A program made the position numbers and the translations under genes. A stretch of DNA of 64,000 nt, from positions 5,184,001 to 5,248,000 of the forward strand of contig CP181291.1 of assembly GCA_052279835.1 (NCBI GenBank), read 5' to 3'. Every line of letters starts with the position of its first letter. The stretch's first letter is position 1. The stretch comes from Microcoleus sp. GTDB lineage: Bacteria; Cyanobacteriota; Cyanobacteriia; Cyanobacteriales; Microcoleaceae. This document shows, in pieces, positions 39,065 through 50,622 of the stretch. The notes beneath the pieces are model-generated. The model saw only the letters and a program-made list of their open reading frames with translations. It had not been told where the DNA came from and searched no databases.

Positions 39065-40313
39065 CACAAATTCCTAATCTTAATCGGGGTTTCAACCTCT
39101 GAGACGCTGAATAAAACCCTTTATTTTCCTTTTTAAATAACCAGCCAGTCCCTCTAGAAATTATCTCAAATTTGTAATCAAAGACAATATCCATCACCTC
39201 TTCAGTTTTCATGTACTTCAAATAAGAAATTATTTTTTCAGTCAGTACATCATTCACATCATCGATATACTTTCTCACCGCCAATCTTTCTGAAAGATGC
39301 CATTTTTTATCAAATTTGCGGTGCATTTCTCTTTCATAATCCCGAAAACTTGAAATTTGGCCGTCCAAATATTTTGCAATATATTTAGCTGCTATTTCTG
39401 CACCATCCATCCCGTGTCTAATTCCTTCGCCGCCGAGAAAGTTAACGGTAGAAACAGCATCGCCGATCGCAATTATATTATCCTGATAATAAATATCCTT
39501 CAAACCCTGACTATATTTAAGCGTGGAACCATGTTTGTCAATAATTTGATAATTTTTCGACTTCAGATACTCATCAATCAGTAAATCTATATATTTTTTC
39601 AGCGGTGACAAATGCTTAACTGTTTTGGGATCTAAAAAAACCCTGGCAGTACCAACTTTCAGCCGATTTTGTTCCATGGGAAAAATCCAAGAATAACCTT
39701 TGGGCATCCATTTATCGCCCAAAAAAAAGATTAAATCCCCATCGTATTTATTGTAAATTTCTGGTTCTACTTCAATTAGATATTCGATGCCAGTTCCAGA
39801 TAAAAAATCCGGTTTATCATTTTCTTTTTCATACATAACCGCCCTAGCAAAACCCGTCGCATCAACCAATAGTTTAGTGCTAACTTGGATAAGTTTACCA
39901 TCGGATAGCTGTTTAAATTCAACGATGGTTTCGCCGTTGGCTTGTGAGTGTTTGATGTAGCGATAACCAAGCCAAACTTCACTTCCATGTTGCTGAACTT
40001 CGGTGGCGAGAAATTCTCTAAATTTAGCAAAGTTTAACACAACTCCTAAGCTTTTAGGAGATTCCCAAGTTTGACTGACTTTGCTAGTTTGAATAGTAAT
40101 TCTTTGCCAAAAACTGCCGATTACCGATTCGGGTAAATCAAATTTTGAGAGGGTTTCTAGAGGCGTAGCGGCGCTGGAAAAGTCATTTTTATTAAAATTA
40201 TCGTTTTGCTCTGCAAGTAAGACTTGGCGACCGGATTTGGCGAGAATTCTAGCACAGTGGCCGCCTGCGGGGCCTGCTCCTACTATTACTATGTCAAAAT
40301 TTTTTAAAGTCAT
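39039..40313 (-). CDS. FAD-dependent oxidoreductase, geranylgeranyl reductase family
   Basis: VGAGPAG, DATG, GYSWIFP, IGDA...GEGI; probable +1 slip at 39150-39152 with the true stop near 39092. Confidence 0.88.
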   Translation of the reverse strand: MTLKNFDIVIVGAGPAGGHCARILAKSGRQVLLAEQNDNFNKNDFSSAATPLETLSKFDLPESVIGSFWQRITIQTSKVSQTWESPKSLGVVLNFAKFREFLATEVQQHGSEVWLGYRYIKHSQANGETIVEFKQLSDGKLIQVSTKLLVDATGFARAVMYEKENDKPDFLSGTGIEYLIEVEPEIYNKYDGDLIFFLGDKWMPKGYSWIFPMEQNRLKVGTARVFLDPKTVKHLSPLKKYIDLLIDEYLKSKNYQIIDKHGSTLKYSQGLKDIYYQDNIIAIGDAVSTVNFLGGEGIRHGMDGAEIAAKYIAKYLDGQISSFRDYEREMHRKFDKKWHLSERLAVRKYIDDVNDVLTEKIISYLKYMKTEEVMDIVFDYKFEIISRGTGWLFKKENKGFYSASQRLKPRLRLGICVTNLIFPN

Positions 40314-40593
40314 CTTCTTCCTTTCAATGTCAAAACACCTGCCGAAATATCAACTACTAAGCATTGAATTTCGGGTAACAATCTTCCCCGCCTTAGAGTG
40401 CTATTTGGTTGTAGATCGGTCAGGGTTTTTTCTCCCTTATGCTCGCTTTTCTCTATCGTATTGTACCACAATCTCCGGTGCGATCGCTCCCAAAAACTTA
40501 CAATTTAGCTTTGAGGTATGGTTGGCGGGCTATCTAGGCAAATACAATATCATTTCGATACAGAAAATATTCTCCCCAGGGAGTAAGTTTTGG

Positions 40594-42258
40594 TTAAGCA
40601 CACCGTTTCAGATAGCTTTGGGCAACACAATCGCTCGGATTTCTTTCTAAACACATAGCGAACAGAAACTTTGCCTCCTCGATCGAGCCTTCATAGTAGC
40701 GAATTAAAGCTAATTCAAAAATCGGTTTCGTTTCCAATTTAGCTTGTTTTTGGGCGGGAGGATCGGCTTCAAATACCTCAAATACCCCCACTTTTTGAGC
40801 TTTTCCCCGAACTTGCACCTGAGCAACAAAGCGCAGGGCATACTTCATCGGTTCTTTAAGTCCAGCTAAGGTGGTGTGGGAAATCAAAAACGGAACTTGG
40901 TAGACTTTTGTTAACTGTTGGAGGCGCGAACCGAGATTAACTGCATCGCCAATGACAGTGGTATCGATGCGAAAGTTACCGCCTACTGTTCCCAGCCTCA
41001 AATTTCCTGTATTGATACCAATGCCAATTTCTATGGGTTGGCGATCGCGGTGTTGTCGGCCCAGGTTGTATTCAGCGAGGATTTTTAACATCGTAACTCC
41101 AGCATTTACTGCCATATCGGCGCTCACTTCAAACAGTGCCATGATTTCATCACCAATATATTTATCAATAAAACCACTATTTTCAATAATTGCAGGTTCC
41201 ATGCGCCGGAGATAGCCATTGATAAACTTAAACGTATCTTCTGCGGTCATTTGCTCCGAATGGGTTGTGAAAGCACGGATATCGGCAAACAAAACCGACA
41301 GTTTTTTCTCAATAGATTCTCCCAGTTGAACTTCGGTGATATTTTTTCGAGCCAAAAATTGCAAAAATTGACGGGGAACAAATCGGGAAAAAGCTTCATT
41401 AAGTTTGCCCAATTCTTCGGTAAACTGTTCTCGTTCGACTTCAGCTTGTTTGCGCTCGCTGATATCATGGAAAGCCGCGATCGCCTGAGAAATTTCGCTC
41501 TTTTTATCCCGAATGGGTGTAGCCGAGACTTCTAAAGGAACGATCCGATCGGAGTAATGAATTTCGAGATCTTCAGCACGAACTGTTTCCCCAGCCAGAG
41601 CACGCACGATCGGCGATTTCTGTGCTGGATATAATTCATCAGTTCCTGCCTGATAAACTTTGAAATCCGCTGAAATTTGCTCGACTTTAGTTTCAGGTAA
41701 GATTTGTAGCTGGAGTAATTCCTTGGCTTTGTGATTGGCATAAGTTATTTTTCCGGCATTATCGTGAACTGTAACACCAATGGGCATTGCTTCTAAAATC
41801 TGACTCAAGCGGCGTTCATTTTCTCGCAGTTGAGCATTTTGTTCTTCGAGTTTTTTGATTTGCCAATACTTGCTGAGGGCTTCTTTAACCGTCAGATGGA
41901 GATCCGTAGCATCCCAGGGTTTGGCAATATAACGGTAGAGATTAGCTGAATTCACAGCATTGCCCACGGCATCGGCTGCGGCTTGACCGGTGAGCATAAT
42001 CTTCAGTGTATTGGGATATTGGGCATGAATCTGACAGAGGAGTTCGTCGCCTTTGATTCCCGGCATCAGATAGTCAGAAATAACCGCAGCAGTTTCGATA
42101 CCTTCGGCATCCAATTCTTCGATAAGTTCTAGGGCTTCTTCACCGCTTTGGGCCGCTTCAATCTGGTAATCTTGACCAAAGTTTCTTTGTAATTCCTCAG
42201 CTAGACCTTCCAACATCATCGGTTCGTCATCTACCAGAATAATCGCTAGTTCGTTCAT
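40594..42258 (-). CDS. Receiver-PAS-class III adenylate cyclase
   Basis: VDDE, ISDYLMP, YIAKPW; PAS; FADIRAFT, DKYIGD, TVIGDAVNLGSRL; ATG at 42258 overlaps the upstream stop (ATGA). Confidence 0.92.
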   Translation of the reverse strand: MNELAIILVDDEPMMLEGLAEELQRNFGQDYQIEAAQSGEEALELIEELDAEGIETAAVISDYLMPGIKGDELLCQIHAQYPNTLKIMLTGQAAADAVGNAVNSANLYRYIAKPWDATDLHLTVKEALSKYWQIKKLEEQNAQLRENERRLSQILEAMPIGVTVHDNAGKITYANHKAKELLQLQILPETKVEQISADFKVYQAGTDELYPAQKSPIVRALAGETVRAEDLEIHYSDRIVPLEVSATPIRDKKSEISQAIAAFHDISERKQAEVEREQFTEELGKLNEAFSRFVPRQFLQFLARKNITEVQLGESIEKKLSVLFADIRAFTTHSEQMTAEDTFKFINGYLRRMEPAIIENSGFIDKYIGDEIMALFEVSADMAVNAGVTMLKILAEYNLGRQHRDRQPIEIGIGINTGNLRLGTVGGNFRIDTTVIGDAVNLGSRLQQLTKVYQVPFLISHTTLAGLKEPMKYALRFVAQVQVRGKAQKVGVFEVFEADPPAQKQAKLETKPIFELALIRYYEGSIEEAKFLFAMCLERNPSDCVAQSYLKRCA

Positions 42259-42650
42259 GCTAATTTCAGGGCTGTTGTGATGGTTTCTAGCAATTCTTCT
42301 TGCCGCCACGGTTTATGAATGCAGCAGTACAGATTAGCTTCGCGCTTGGCTCGTTCAATAGCTTCGATATCGGCTTGTCCGGTTAACAGAATCTTGGTAA
42401 TATCGCCTAATTGCTGGTGGACTTGAACTAAAAACTCGTCTCCCCGCATTCCGGGCATCAACCAATCAGAGACAATCACAACAATCTTGACTCCCCCGTT
42501 AGTTAGCTCTTCAATAATTTCTAGAGCTTCTTCACCACTTTCGGCAGCTTCATACAGAAATTGCTCGCCAAAGTGGCGGCTAATTTGCTCTTGGAGAACT
42601 TCTAGGATCACTATTTCATCATCAACACATAGAATTGCTACTTCAGTCAT
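42255..42650 (-). CDS. Single-domain response regulator
   Basis: CVDDE, VSDWLMPG, LTG, HKPW. Confidence 0.93.
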   Translation of the reverse strand: MTEVAILCVDDEIVILEVLQEQISRHFGEQFLYEAAESGEEALEIIEELTNGGVKIVVIVSDWLMPGMRGDEFLVQVHQQLGDITKILLTGQADIEAIERAKREANLYCCIHKPWRQEELLETITTALKLA

Positions 42651-42949
42651 ATTTTTATGGTTATGAAGTGGACGGTTGACAGTTGACAGTTGACCTGTGG
42701 TAGCGGCCCTGCCCCGTGTCCGCCCTGGCAGTAGGCAGTTGCAAATCAGCCCGCGTCAAGGCGATCTCGACTTACTTACGTTATCTTAACTGCTGAAAAT
42801 CGATGCCTCGGAAGATTTGTTATCAATTGTGCTTAAAAAGCATAATTATCGAGAGAGTGTTGGCAACGAATTTTCTAGTGTTTGATGACCTTCTTCACGC
42901 GCGTGTGACAGGGCTGGCAGTTGCAAATACAGCACTTTTTACCTACGTA

Positions 42950-43090
42950 CTAGGGCGAGTTTTCCAACCACAACAACAGAATGCAGGCGATCGCGATCGT
43001 AGCTGTATAATTTGCCACTAGCTTCTCCTATCGGGTAGCAATGCGACGAAATTGTTGGATTCGGTTAATCGCAGGTTCAACGCGGTTTTA
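42950..43090 (-). mobile_element. IS5-family transposase C-terminal remnant with terminal IR
   Basis: NRVEPAINRIQQFRRIATR*EKLVANYTATIAIACILLLWL with a TAG at the conserved Tyr (43028-43030); end sequence TAGGGCGAGTTTTC. Confidence 0.75.
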
Positions 43091-43185
43091 ACTTTTCCCA
43101 TTGTTCGTTACTATGGTAACTATCTAGTCCTTACCACCATCAATAATTAAGGCCAGTGTTTTTTTTGACTGTTGAAATTTTCCTT

Positions 43186-43356
43186 CTTAAATGGTGCTGC
43201 CAATATTCTGAGAAAAGTAGCCAGTAAGTTAGGTGTAGGCTTAAACCAACTGGGTAGACGGTCTTTGACGACCGTAGCGAGAGTTAGACTTTGGGTAATA
43301 CCCAAAGTCTACTTTGTCCGCAGAATCGAGCGTGTCTTTAGACCTGAGAGTGTCAA
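43186..43356 (+). mobile_element. IS200/IS605 TnpB C-terminal remnant with right end (omega-RNA region)
   Basis: LNGAANILRKVASKLG...LTT.ARVRLW; palindrome at 43285-43311; end AGAATCGAGCGTGTCTTTAGACCTGAGAGTGTCAA. Confidence 0.72.
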
Positions 43357-43401
43357 CAACTTGCAATCTGCTCTAACAACTAGCTCTTCAACTAGCAACT
43401 G

Positions 43402-46400
43402 TCAACTGTTAGGCAGCGTCACCGTAAAGGTAGTTTTGCCAGAGACAGATGTAAAAGTAATTGTTCCTTGATGTTTTTCCAAGATCTTTCTAACAATATC
43501 TAGCCCTAAACCGCTTCCTTCTCCTGCTGGTTTGGTAGTGAAGAAAGGTTGAAAAATTCGCTCTTGAATATCTGGAGAAATCCCGCAACCCGAGTCTGTG
43601 ATTTCTACTACAATATTTCGCTCTTTCTGATGCACGTCGATTTCCAGAGTCCCTTTGCCATCCATCGCTTGAACTGCATTGTGAATTAAGTTTGTCCAGA
43701 CTTGCACGAGTTCGTCGGGATAGCAAGGAATCTCTGGAACGGGTTGATAGTGACGAGTGACCTCGACACCCTTCTTGAGATAATTATGGTACAATGCCAG
43801 CACGGTTTCAATAGTGTCAGTAATCTGAGCCGATCGCTTTTCCTCAGTGTGGTCGTAACGAGCGTAGCTCTTGAGGGCGAAGACTATTTTTGAAGCTCGT
43901 TCGACGGCGTTGTTAATGTTTTGGCTGTTGACTTGCAGGCGGGCAATATCGTAGGCAATTTGCACGATTTGGTTGGCTTGAGGCGTTTGCAGCAAAGACA
44001 TTTGAGAGTCAAAACTCTGATGTATTCCCCCTTCTGTTAGCAGGTGAGCCAGTTGTTTGGCATTGGCAATGTTATCAGATTCAAGCTGTTGAGTCAGCGT
44101 GCGTTTAATTTGACGTTTTTCGCGGGTACTCAGGCTCGATTGAGTGCTCAGAGCTTGTTTGAGGACGCTGAAAAAGTCGGCTTGCTGTTGCTCGGTGAGT
44201 TGGGGCAACAGTTGGGGCAGTTGAAATAACGAGGATTCTAAGGCTTTATCCGTGTTGCCGATCGCGGCGCGAATTGCTCCTAAAGGTGTGTTAATTTCAT
44301 GAGCTACTCCGGCAACCAGTTGTCCGAGGGCGGCCATTTTTTCCGATTGAATTAGCTCATTTTGAGTGGCTTGGAGAGTGTCGAGGGTGTTTTGCAATTC
44401 TCGAGTGCGATCGGTAACTCTTTGTTCCAGGTTGTTATAGAGTTGAGCGTTATCAATGGCGATCGCGGCTTGTCCAGATAATAGTTGAATAATTTCCAAT
44501 CTGTCAGGGGTAAACGCTCCAGTGGTTAAATTATTTTCCAGATAGACAATGCCGCTGAGTTGACCTTGATTGAGCAGTGGCGCACACAAAATAGATTTGG
44601 TTTGATGCGCTTTAATGTACGGGTCAAGTGTAAATTTGCCTTGATTTGCGGCATCGTTTTTAACAACTGTTTCTCTGGTACGGGTGACATAGTTGACGAT
44701 CGATGCGGGTAAGTGGTTGTCAATGGGGATTGACTGCAATACGGTGATGCGATCGGCATCCACATTTCCAGAAGCTTCGATCGCCCATTGTCCCGGCTTT
44801 GTCCAAAATTAGAAAGCCTGTTTGCGCTCCCGCATTTTGAATGAGAATTTTCATTAAGTTGGCGAGTAACTTATCGAGGACAATTTCGCCGGAAATCGCT
44901 TGGGAGGCTTTGATTATGGTGGCTAAATCCAAAGCTTCATCGGACCTAATACCAGTTGACGTCCTGGTAGTTGTCGTGCTTGTGGCTGTGATGCTCTTTG
45001 CTGGGGAAGATGATTTCGTCAGTAACTGCGGGTATTTTTCCTCCAAATCTTCCACCTTGCGTTTAGCGCCCCAGCGTTGGTAGCCATAGTGAGCTTCACT
45101 CATGTAGACTTTAGCAATCTTCTCTTTGCCTTTACCTAACCAAAACTTAGCAGCTAGTTCCGACGCTAGCGCTTCATTCTGCAAAAATTTATTTGCTCGC
45201 GCTGAATCGATCGCTTCGTCATACAAATCCTCCGCTTCCAGAGCATTGCCTGTAATTCGCGCCAACTCAGCTTCGATTAGCAGACGTTGATGAAGGTAGG
45301 TACTCGGACAATGTTTACTCCAGAGTTTGAATTTCTCAAGATTGGATTTAATCTTCTCCACATATTGTGCCTGTTTTTCACCATCAGCACAGTCATACCC
45401 AACTGATAAGGCTAGACATTGATGAAAATGGAAAGCCGGATTAATAAAAATCCCCGTCGCGCCTGTCAAATATTTTTCGGCAGAGTTAGCATAGTTTATC
45501 GCTTTCTCAGAATCTGAATACCAGTTGGCTAAAGACAATTTACAGGCCAATTCTAAAAATACCGTGAATAAATCATTTTTTTCAAGGCAAGAATTAATTA
45601 TTTCCTTGGCATTCGGCCATAAAGATTCATCAAGAACACTCCAATCTTCAACGGGTTCTATCAAATTATAAATAGTCGCTTTAATCGCATAATAATATTG
45701 CACCATGTTTGGATCTACTTTTCTCAATCCAGGTGTTATTCTATCAATTTTTTCGGATAATTCTTTTAAGGAATCAGTTCCCCAAAAACACATAAACAAA
45801 AAGTTGATTGCACAATATCCCGCCCATTGATAGGCACCGTTTTCTACACCGCTATAATAACCTCTCATTAAATGCTCTTTAGAGCGATCGAGATGTTCAG
45901 TGTAATGGGAAACAAATCCTCCCCACATATTCAAAATTAATGCTTCATAAGGCTTAATTTGATACTTGTCATCGTTCAATCTCAAGGCTAAACTGCCAAA
46001 TTTATAGGCGGTTTCAAAATCTTGCGCTACAAAGGCAAGTGTTAATGAATAATATATATACCCAACTGAAGAGTGAGGATTGTTCCCATAGGCGAGCGAT
46101 AGCTCAATCATTTTTATGCCTATTATGAACAGCAATCTAGACCCTAAAAAGTAAGATGGAGGTAAACATTCTCTGAGGAGTACCATAGTAGCAAGTTTTT
46201 CAGGGTCTTGCATTTCAGGCAGGTCTATAAAAGTTTCAATTTTCCTGGCAGCGATTGTCTCATTAGCACGATCCACTTCTGCTATAAGTTCATCTTCTTC
46301 AGGAAAAGCTTTCAACTTGATTCCCAATAGTTCGAGGGTCTGTATTCCCAGATCTAAGGAGGATTCCAAATCATTTTTCATTCGATATAAAGTCACTTTA

Positions 46401-49063
46401 TATTCATTGACTTTACACCGATCCAACAAACTATCGATATGTTCAAGGCATTCATCAAAAGTTGATAAAGCTTCGTCCCAGCTAGCAGTTAAATATTCTA
46501 TTTCACCTTTTTCAAGGTGATAGGAAAATGTTAAATTATAGTCTTCGTCCCAGCTATTATGGGGTAAAAGTTGCATCCCATTGGTTATATATATTAATGC
46601 AGGTTGATAGGCGGTCGAGAATTTAGCTTTTCTGCCAGCGATGAGATTCAATCTAGCTAATTGTTGTTTTTCCCCTTTATCGCCGAGCAATGATTGTCCT
46701 TTATTCAGGTGATTTACTATATCAAATATTCGTTCTTCTAACTCTGATTGTTCAAACTTATTTAACAGAATACGACCAATTTTTAAGTGAATTTCTTGTT
46801 TGTCTTTTTCGTCACTCAGCGAGTAAGCTGCTTGCTGCACCCGGTCATGCAGGAATTTATAATCTTGAATTAACAGTTCTCGATCTAACTCGGATGCAGG
46901 TAAGATTAACCCGGACTGAACTGCTGCTGTTAGATCTTTAGAAACTTCGGACGTAGATTTTTCACTGATGATAGAAAGGGTGTTTAAGTCGAAAGAAGAA
47001 CCGACGCAAGCCGCTAAACGTAAAACCTGCTGAGTTGAGTCTGGAAGTTTCTTCAACTTACCAATCATCAACTCCACCACATTCTCTGTGATCCCCATTG
47101 CTTCGATTCGAGGAATATTCCACTGCCAGATGTGGCGCTCAAAATCAAAATTTAGTAAACTTTCAGCATACAGGGTTTTCAGAAATTCATTGACAAAGAA
47201 AGGATTGCCCTCTGTTTTCCGCACTACCAATTCTGCCAAGGGCTTTACTGATGCGATGTCACCGTGCAATGTGTCGGCAATCAGTTGACCGATCGACTCT
47301 AGTGCTAAGGATGCTAAAGTAATAAAGTTGACAGTTGCCCCAACATTCCGCAGCCCATCAAGAGTCACCATCAACGGGTGAGTGGGGTTGACTTCGTTAT
47401 CCCGATACGCCCCAATCAGAAACAGGTATTGTGTATCTGCATCCGTCATCATCAGTTCGATTAACTTGAGAGTAGCGGAGTCTGCCCACTGTAAATCATC
47501 TAAAAAAATGACTAAGGGATGTTCTTTTGTACAAAAGGCTCGGATGAAGTTTTGGAAGACGAGATTAAAGCGATTTTGAGATTCTTGGGACCCTAACTCT
47601 GGGACGGCTGACTGTTTGCCGACTATCACTTCCACTTCGGGAATTACATCAATAATTACTTGACCGTTATTACCAACTGCGGTTAATAGTTTTTTTCGCC
47701 ACAGGTTTAGTTGTGCTTCGCTTTCTGTTAACAGTTGCCGCACCAATTCTTTAAAAGAGCTGACAAAAGCCGAGTAGGGAATATTGCGCTGAAATTGGTC
47801 GAATTTGCCACTGATGAAATAACCGCGTTTTTCTGTAATGGGTTTATAAATTTCTTGTACTAGGGCTGATTTACCAATGCCGGAATAACCCGCAACGAGC
47901 ATGAGTTCTACTCTTCCCCCGTCGGGCTTGAGTTCGCCTGGGAATAAATTCCCAGGATCGTAGCTAAAGTCCGTTAAAACCGACTCAAGAGGTACATTTT
48001 CAGTCGGTTGAAACCGAAAGGATCTATTAGCCGGGGATTGAAGCGAAGCGATGGTTTCGTCAGATGTGGGTAATGAATTGGAGTTAGCTTGGGAACCTGC
48101 AACGCGCTCGAATGCTGCTAGTAAGGTTTCAACTTCTTGTTCCCTACCGTAGAGTTTTTGGGGAATTTGAAACTTATCAGAAATATCTCTTGAGGCGAGG
48201 GTAAACTGTGATATTTCTCCATTAGTTTTTAGCTGGGTTAGACAGGTTTCCAAATCGGCTTTGATTCCGCGGGCACTTTGATATCGTTCCTCTGCCGTTT
48301 TTGCCATCAGTTTCATCACAATATCTGAAACCGCTTTGGGAATTTCTGAATTAATTTCATGCGGTGGCGAAGGTACTTTAGCAAGATGACAATGCACCAA
48401 TTCCAGCGCATCAACAGACTCAAATGGTAGCTTGCGGGTAAGTAGTTCGTAGAAGGTGACACCGAGGGAGTAGAAATCTGTGCGGTAATCTAGGGAACGG
48501 TTCATCCGTCCCGTTTGCTCCGGCGACATATAGGCTAAAGTCCCTTCTAAAACATGGGGATTTTTTAGGGTAGGATTTTCGCGGGTTAATTGGGTGGAAA
48601 TGCCAAAGTCGATGATTTTGAGAATTCCGGTTTCTGGATTGAAGACGATATTGGATGGGTTGATATCTTTGTGGATAATATTGCTGCTGTGAATTTGACC
48701 TAAAATTTCTGTGATTTTGATGGCAATTTTGAGAAATTCTGGGATAGAAAAGTCAGAAATTGACGGGATATTACCGTCTAGAAATTGTCTGAATGAGAAT
48801 GCACCAAAATCCTCAAGGACGATGGCTAATGTTCTTTGATATGGTTCTAATGCGTAAGTCTTAACTATGCCCTCTAAACGTAAGTTGCAATTGATTTCAT
48901 ATTCTTGTTTGTATCGAGTGATTTCCGCAGGTGTAGGATAGTCTTGTTTGAGTGCCTTGATGATAACTGCTCGATCGTCTTGTTCTCGGCTAGCTCGATA
49001 GACTACAGAATTAGCGCTTTCGTAGATTTGTGCCAGAATCTGGTATCCGGGAAATTTCATCAT
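43402..49063 (-). CDS. Hybrid Ser/Thr kinase-AAA ATPase-GAF-histidine kinase; +1 frameshift at 44792-44794
   Basis: HKDINPSN, DFG, YMSPE; GYSGIGKS, LDDLQWAD; GAF; AHEINTPL, NLIHNA, GSGLGL; deleting one base gives DKAGQWAIEASG and joins the ORFs. Confidence 0.9.
47920..48050. repeat. Multi-hairpin element inserted in frame in the kinase gene
   Basis: CCTGGGAATAAATTCCCAGG (47937-47956); same layout as the 59.3-60.1 kb hairpin modules. Confidence 0.65.
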
Positions 49064-49147
49064 AAGTCACCGTCAAAAAATTGTAATTATGAGAGTGCCA
49101 GGGTCTTACCTTCCACTCTCGATCGTACAATCGGAGTTGAGATTATA

Positions 49148-49460
49148 TCATGTCTGGTCGATTGACCGTTGTTCCAGTAGTTTTTGGACGAAACTTTTAG
49201 ACACATCAAATCTGGCAGCTACTTTTCTAATCGAAGTGTTCCCTTGTGAGTACGCTTTGACTATTTTTTTTCTAAATTCTATGGAGTAAGCTTTCATCAG
49301 ACACTTGCCGATGAACGACTGGTTTGAGGAGATTTTAGAGGATTTGTTATACGATCGTACTGAGTTGGGTTCGATCGTACACAGACTGCGGAGGGCGATC
49401 GTACTGTTAGCTTGTAAACTCCCAAATTTAGTGTACCTCATAAACCTGCAATCTGCTGTA
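49148..49460 (-). mobile_element. Truncated IS630-family element (terminal IR plus N-terminal HTH fragment)
   Basis: TACAGCAGATTGCAGGTTTATGAGGTACA end at a TA; MKAYSIEFRKKIV...SIRKVAARFDVSKSFVQKLL (49297-49148). Confidence 0.8.
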
Positions 49461-49619
49461 AGTCCAATCAAGACCCTCTAAATCCTGAATGTCCATTGCT
49501 AGCCAGCCAGAAAAACCTGTATCTAGCAGGGCATCAACAAGTAATTATAAGCCCTGATCGGCAATTAATTCAACTTCAAAAAATAGCTCGTCCTCATCAC
49601 CAAAGATTCCCTCAATCAT
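49459..49619 (-). pseudogene. Clan AA aspartyl protease pseudogene interrupted by IS630
   Basis: GGAG RBS; MIEGIFGDEDELFFEVELIADQGL*LLVDALLDTGFSGWLAM, with a DTG motif and an internal stop at 49545-49547. Confidence 0.7.
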
Positions 49620-49846
49620 ATCGTGCCACAAACTCCGGTTTCATCTAGCCGAAAGACCTATCGTGCAACAGTAGCCTGTCTATCTAGAATGTAATTGCAT
49701 CAATGCTAGTGCATCAGTATTGTAGCAACGTTTTATATAAACGGTATTGCAAGTGCACGTTCTGGGACGCTCTCAGTCACACTTGACACTTTTTTATCTC
49801 AAGTGTTAGCGTATTTTTCGTCAATAACATTTTTCGGAGATATATC

Positions 49847-50605
49847 GTGGCAAACACTTTGAACTTAACTAACAATGCTGATAATTTTACGATCGCTGCT
49901 GGTTTGATAGCTCAGTTTCCAGGAGGTGTTTTAGGATTAGGAAGCAATGATACCATTGTGGGTTCGATTGAGAATGATATCGCCAATGGCAATGATGGTA
50001 AAGATATTTTATTCGGCAGAGATGGCAATGACAACTTGCAAGGTGGTAAAGGCGAAGATGATTTATACGGTGAAGGTGGCAGAGACATTTTGACTGGTGG
50101 TTCTGATGATGATTATATCGTAGGTGGTGACGGAGATGATGTCTTGAATGGCGGCCGAGGTGATGATTTGTTAGAAGGAGGTGCGGGTAACGATACTCTG
50201 AGCGGCGATCGGGGTTACACTTATTACAAAGGGGGAACGGGCAGTGATGTGTTTGTGCTGAGAACGGATGTTGTTGCAGAAGATCCAAGGCGTAACTCTC
50301 GTAGTTTACAGTCGTGGGATGGTATTCTAGACTTTGAAAAGTCCGTCGATCGCATTGGTTTGACTGGCGGTTTAACTGAGGCAAATATCACACTCGTTCC
50401 CTTTTCTCTGTCGCTATCGAGTGTTTTTTTCGTTTCAGGCAGATTTCCTCGAGAAGGCAAAATTTCAGCCGCCGATACAGATGTAGATAAAAATGGCCGT
50501 TATGACGGTACTACGATTCAAATTGCTGCCACAGGTCAAGTTTTAGGTAGAGTGCTGAATGTGACACCATCTGACTTGCAGGGTCGTTTTATTACACTCT
50601 CTTGA
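49847..50605 (+). CDS. RTX-repeat calcium-binding protein
   Basis: GGAG RBS; multiple GGxGxDxL nonapeptides; ILDF...DRIGL. Confidence 0.88.
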   Translation: MANTLNLTNNADNFTIAAGLIAQFPGGVLGLGSNDTIVGSIENDIANGNDGKDILFGRDGNDNLQGGKGEDDLYGEGGRDILTGGSDDDYIVGGDGDDVLNGGRGDDLLEGGAGNDTLSGDRGYTYYKGGTGSDVFVLRTDVVAEDPRRNSRSLQSWDGILDFEKSVDRIGLTGGLTEANITLVPFSLSLSSVFFVSGRFPREGKISAADTDVDKNGRYDGTTIQIAATGQVLGRVLNVTPSDLQGRFITLS

Positions 50606-50622
50606 CGCTCCACGGGGATTAA

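Noticed and set aside
42259..42309. Longer start for the adenylate cyclase
   Set aside because: It overlaps the response regulator; ATG 42258 gives ATGA coupling and a normal receiver start
30460..50000. Prophage or intact defence island
   Set aside because: No phage structural genes, integrase, intact transposase or recognisable defence effector
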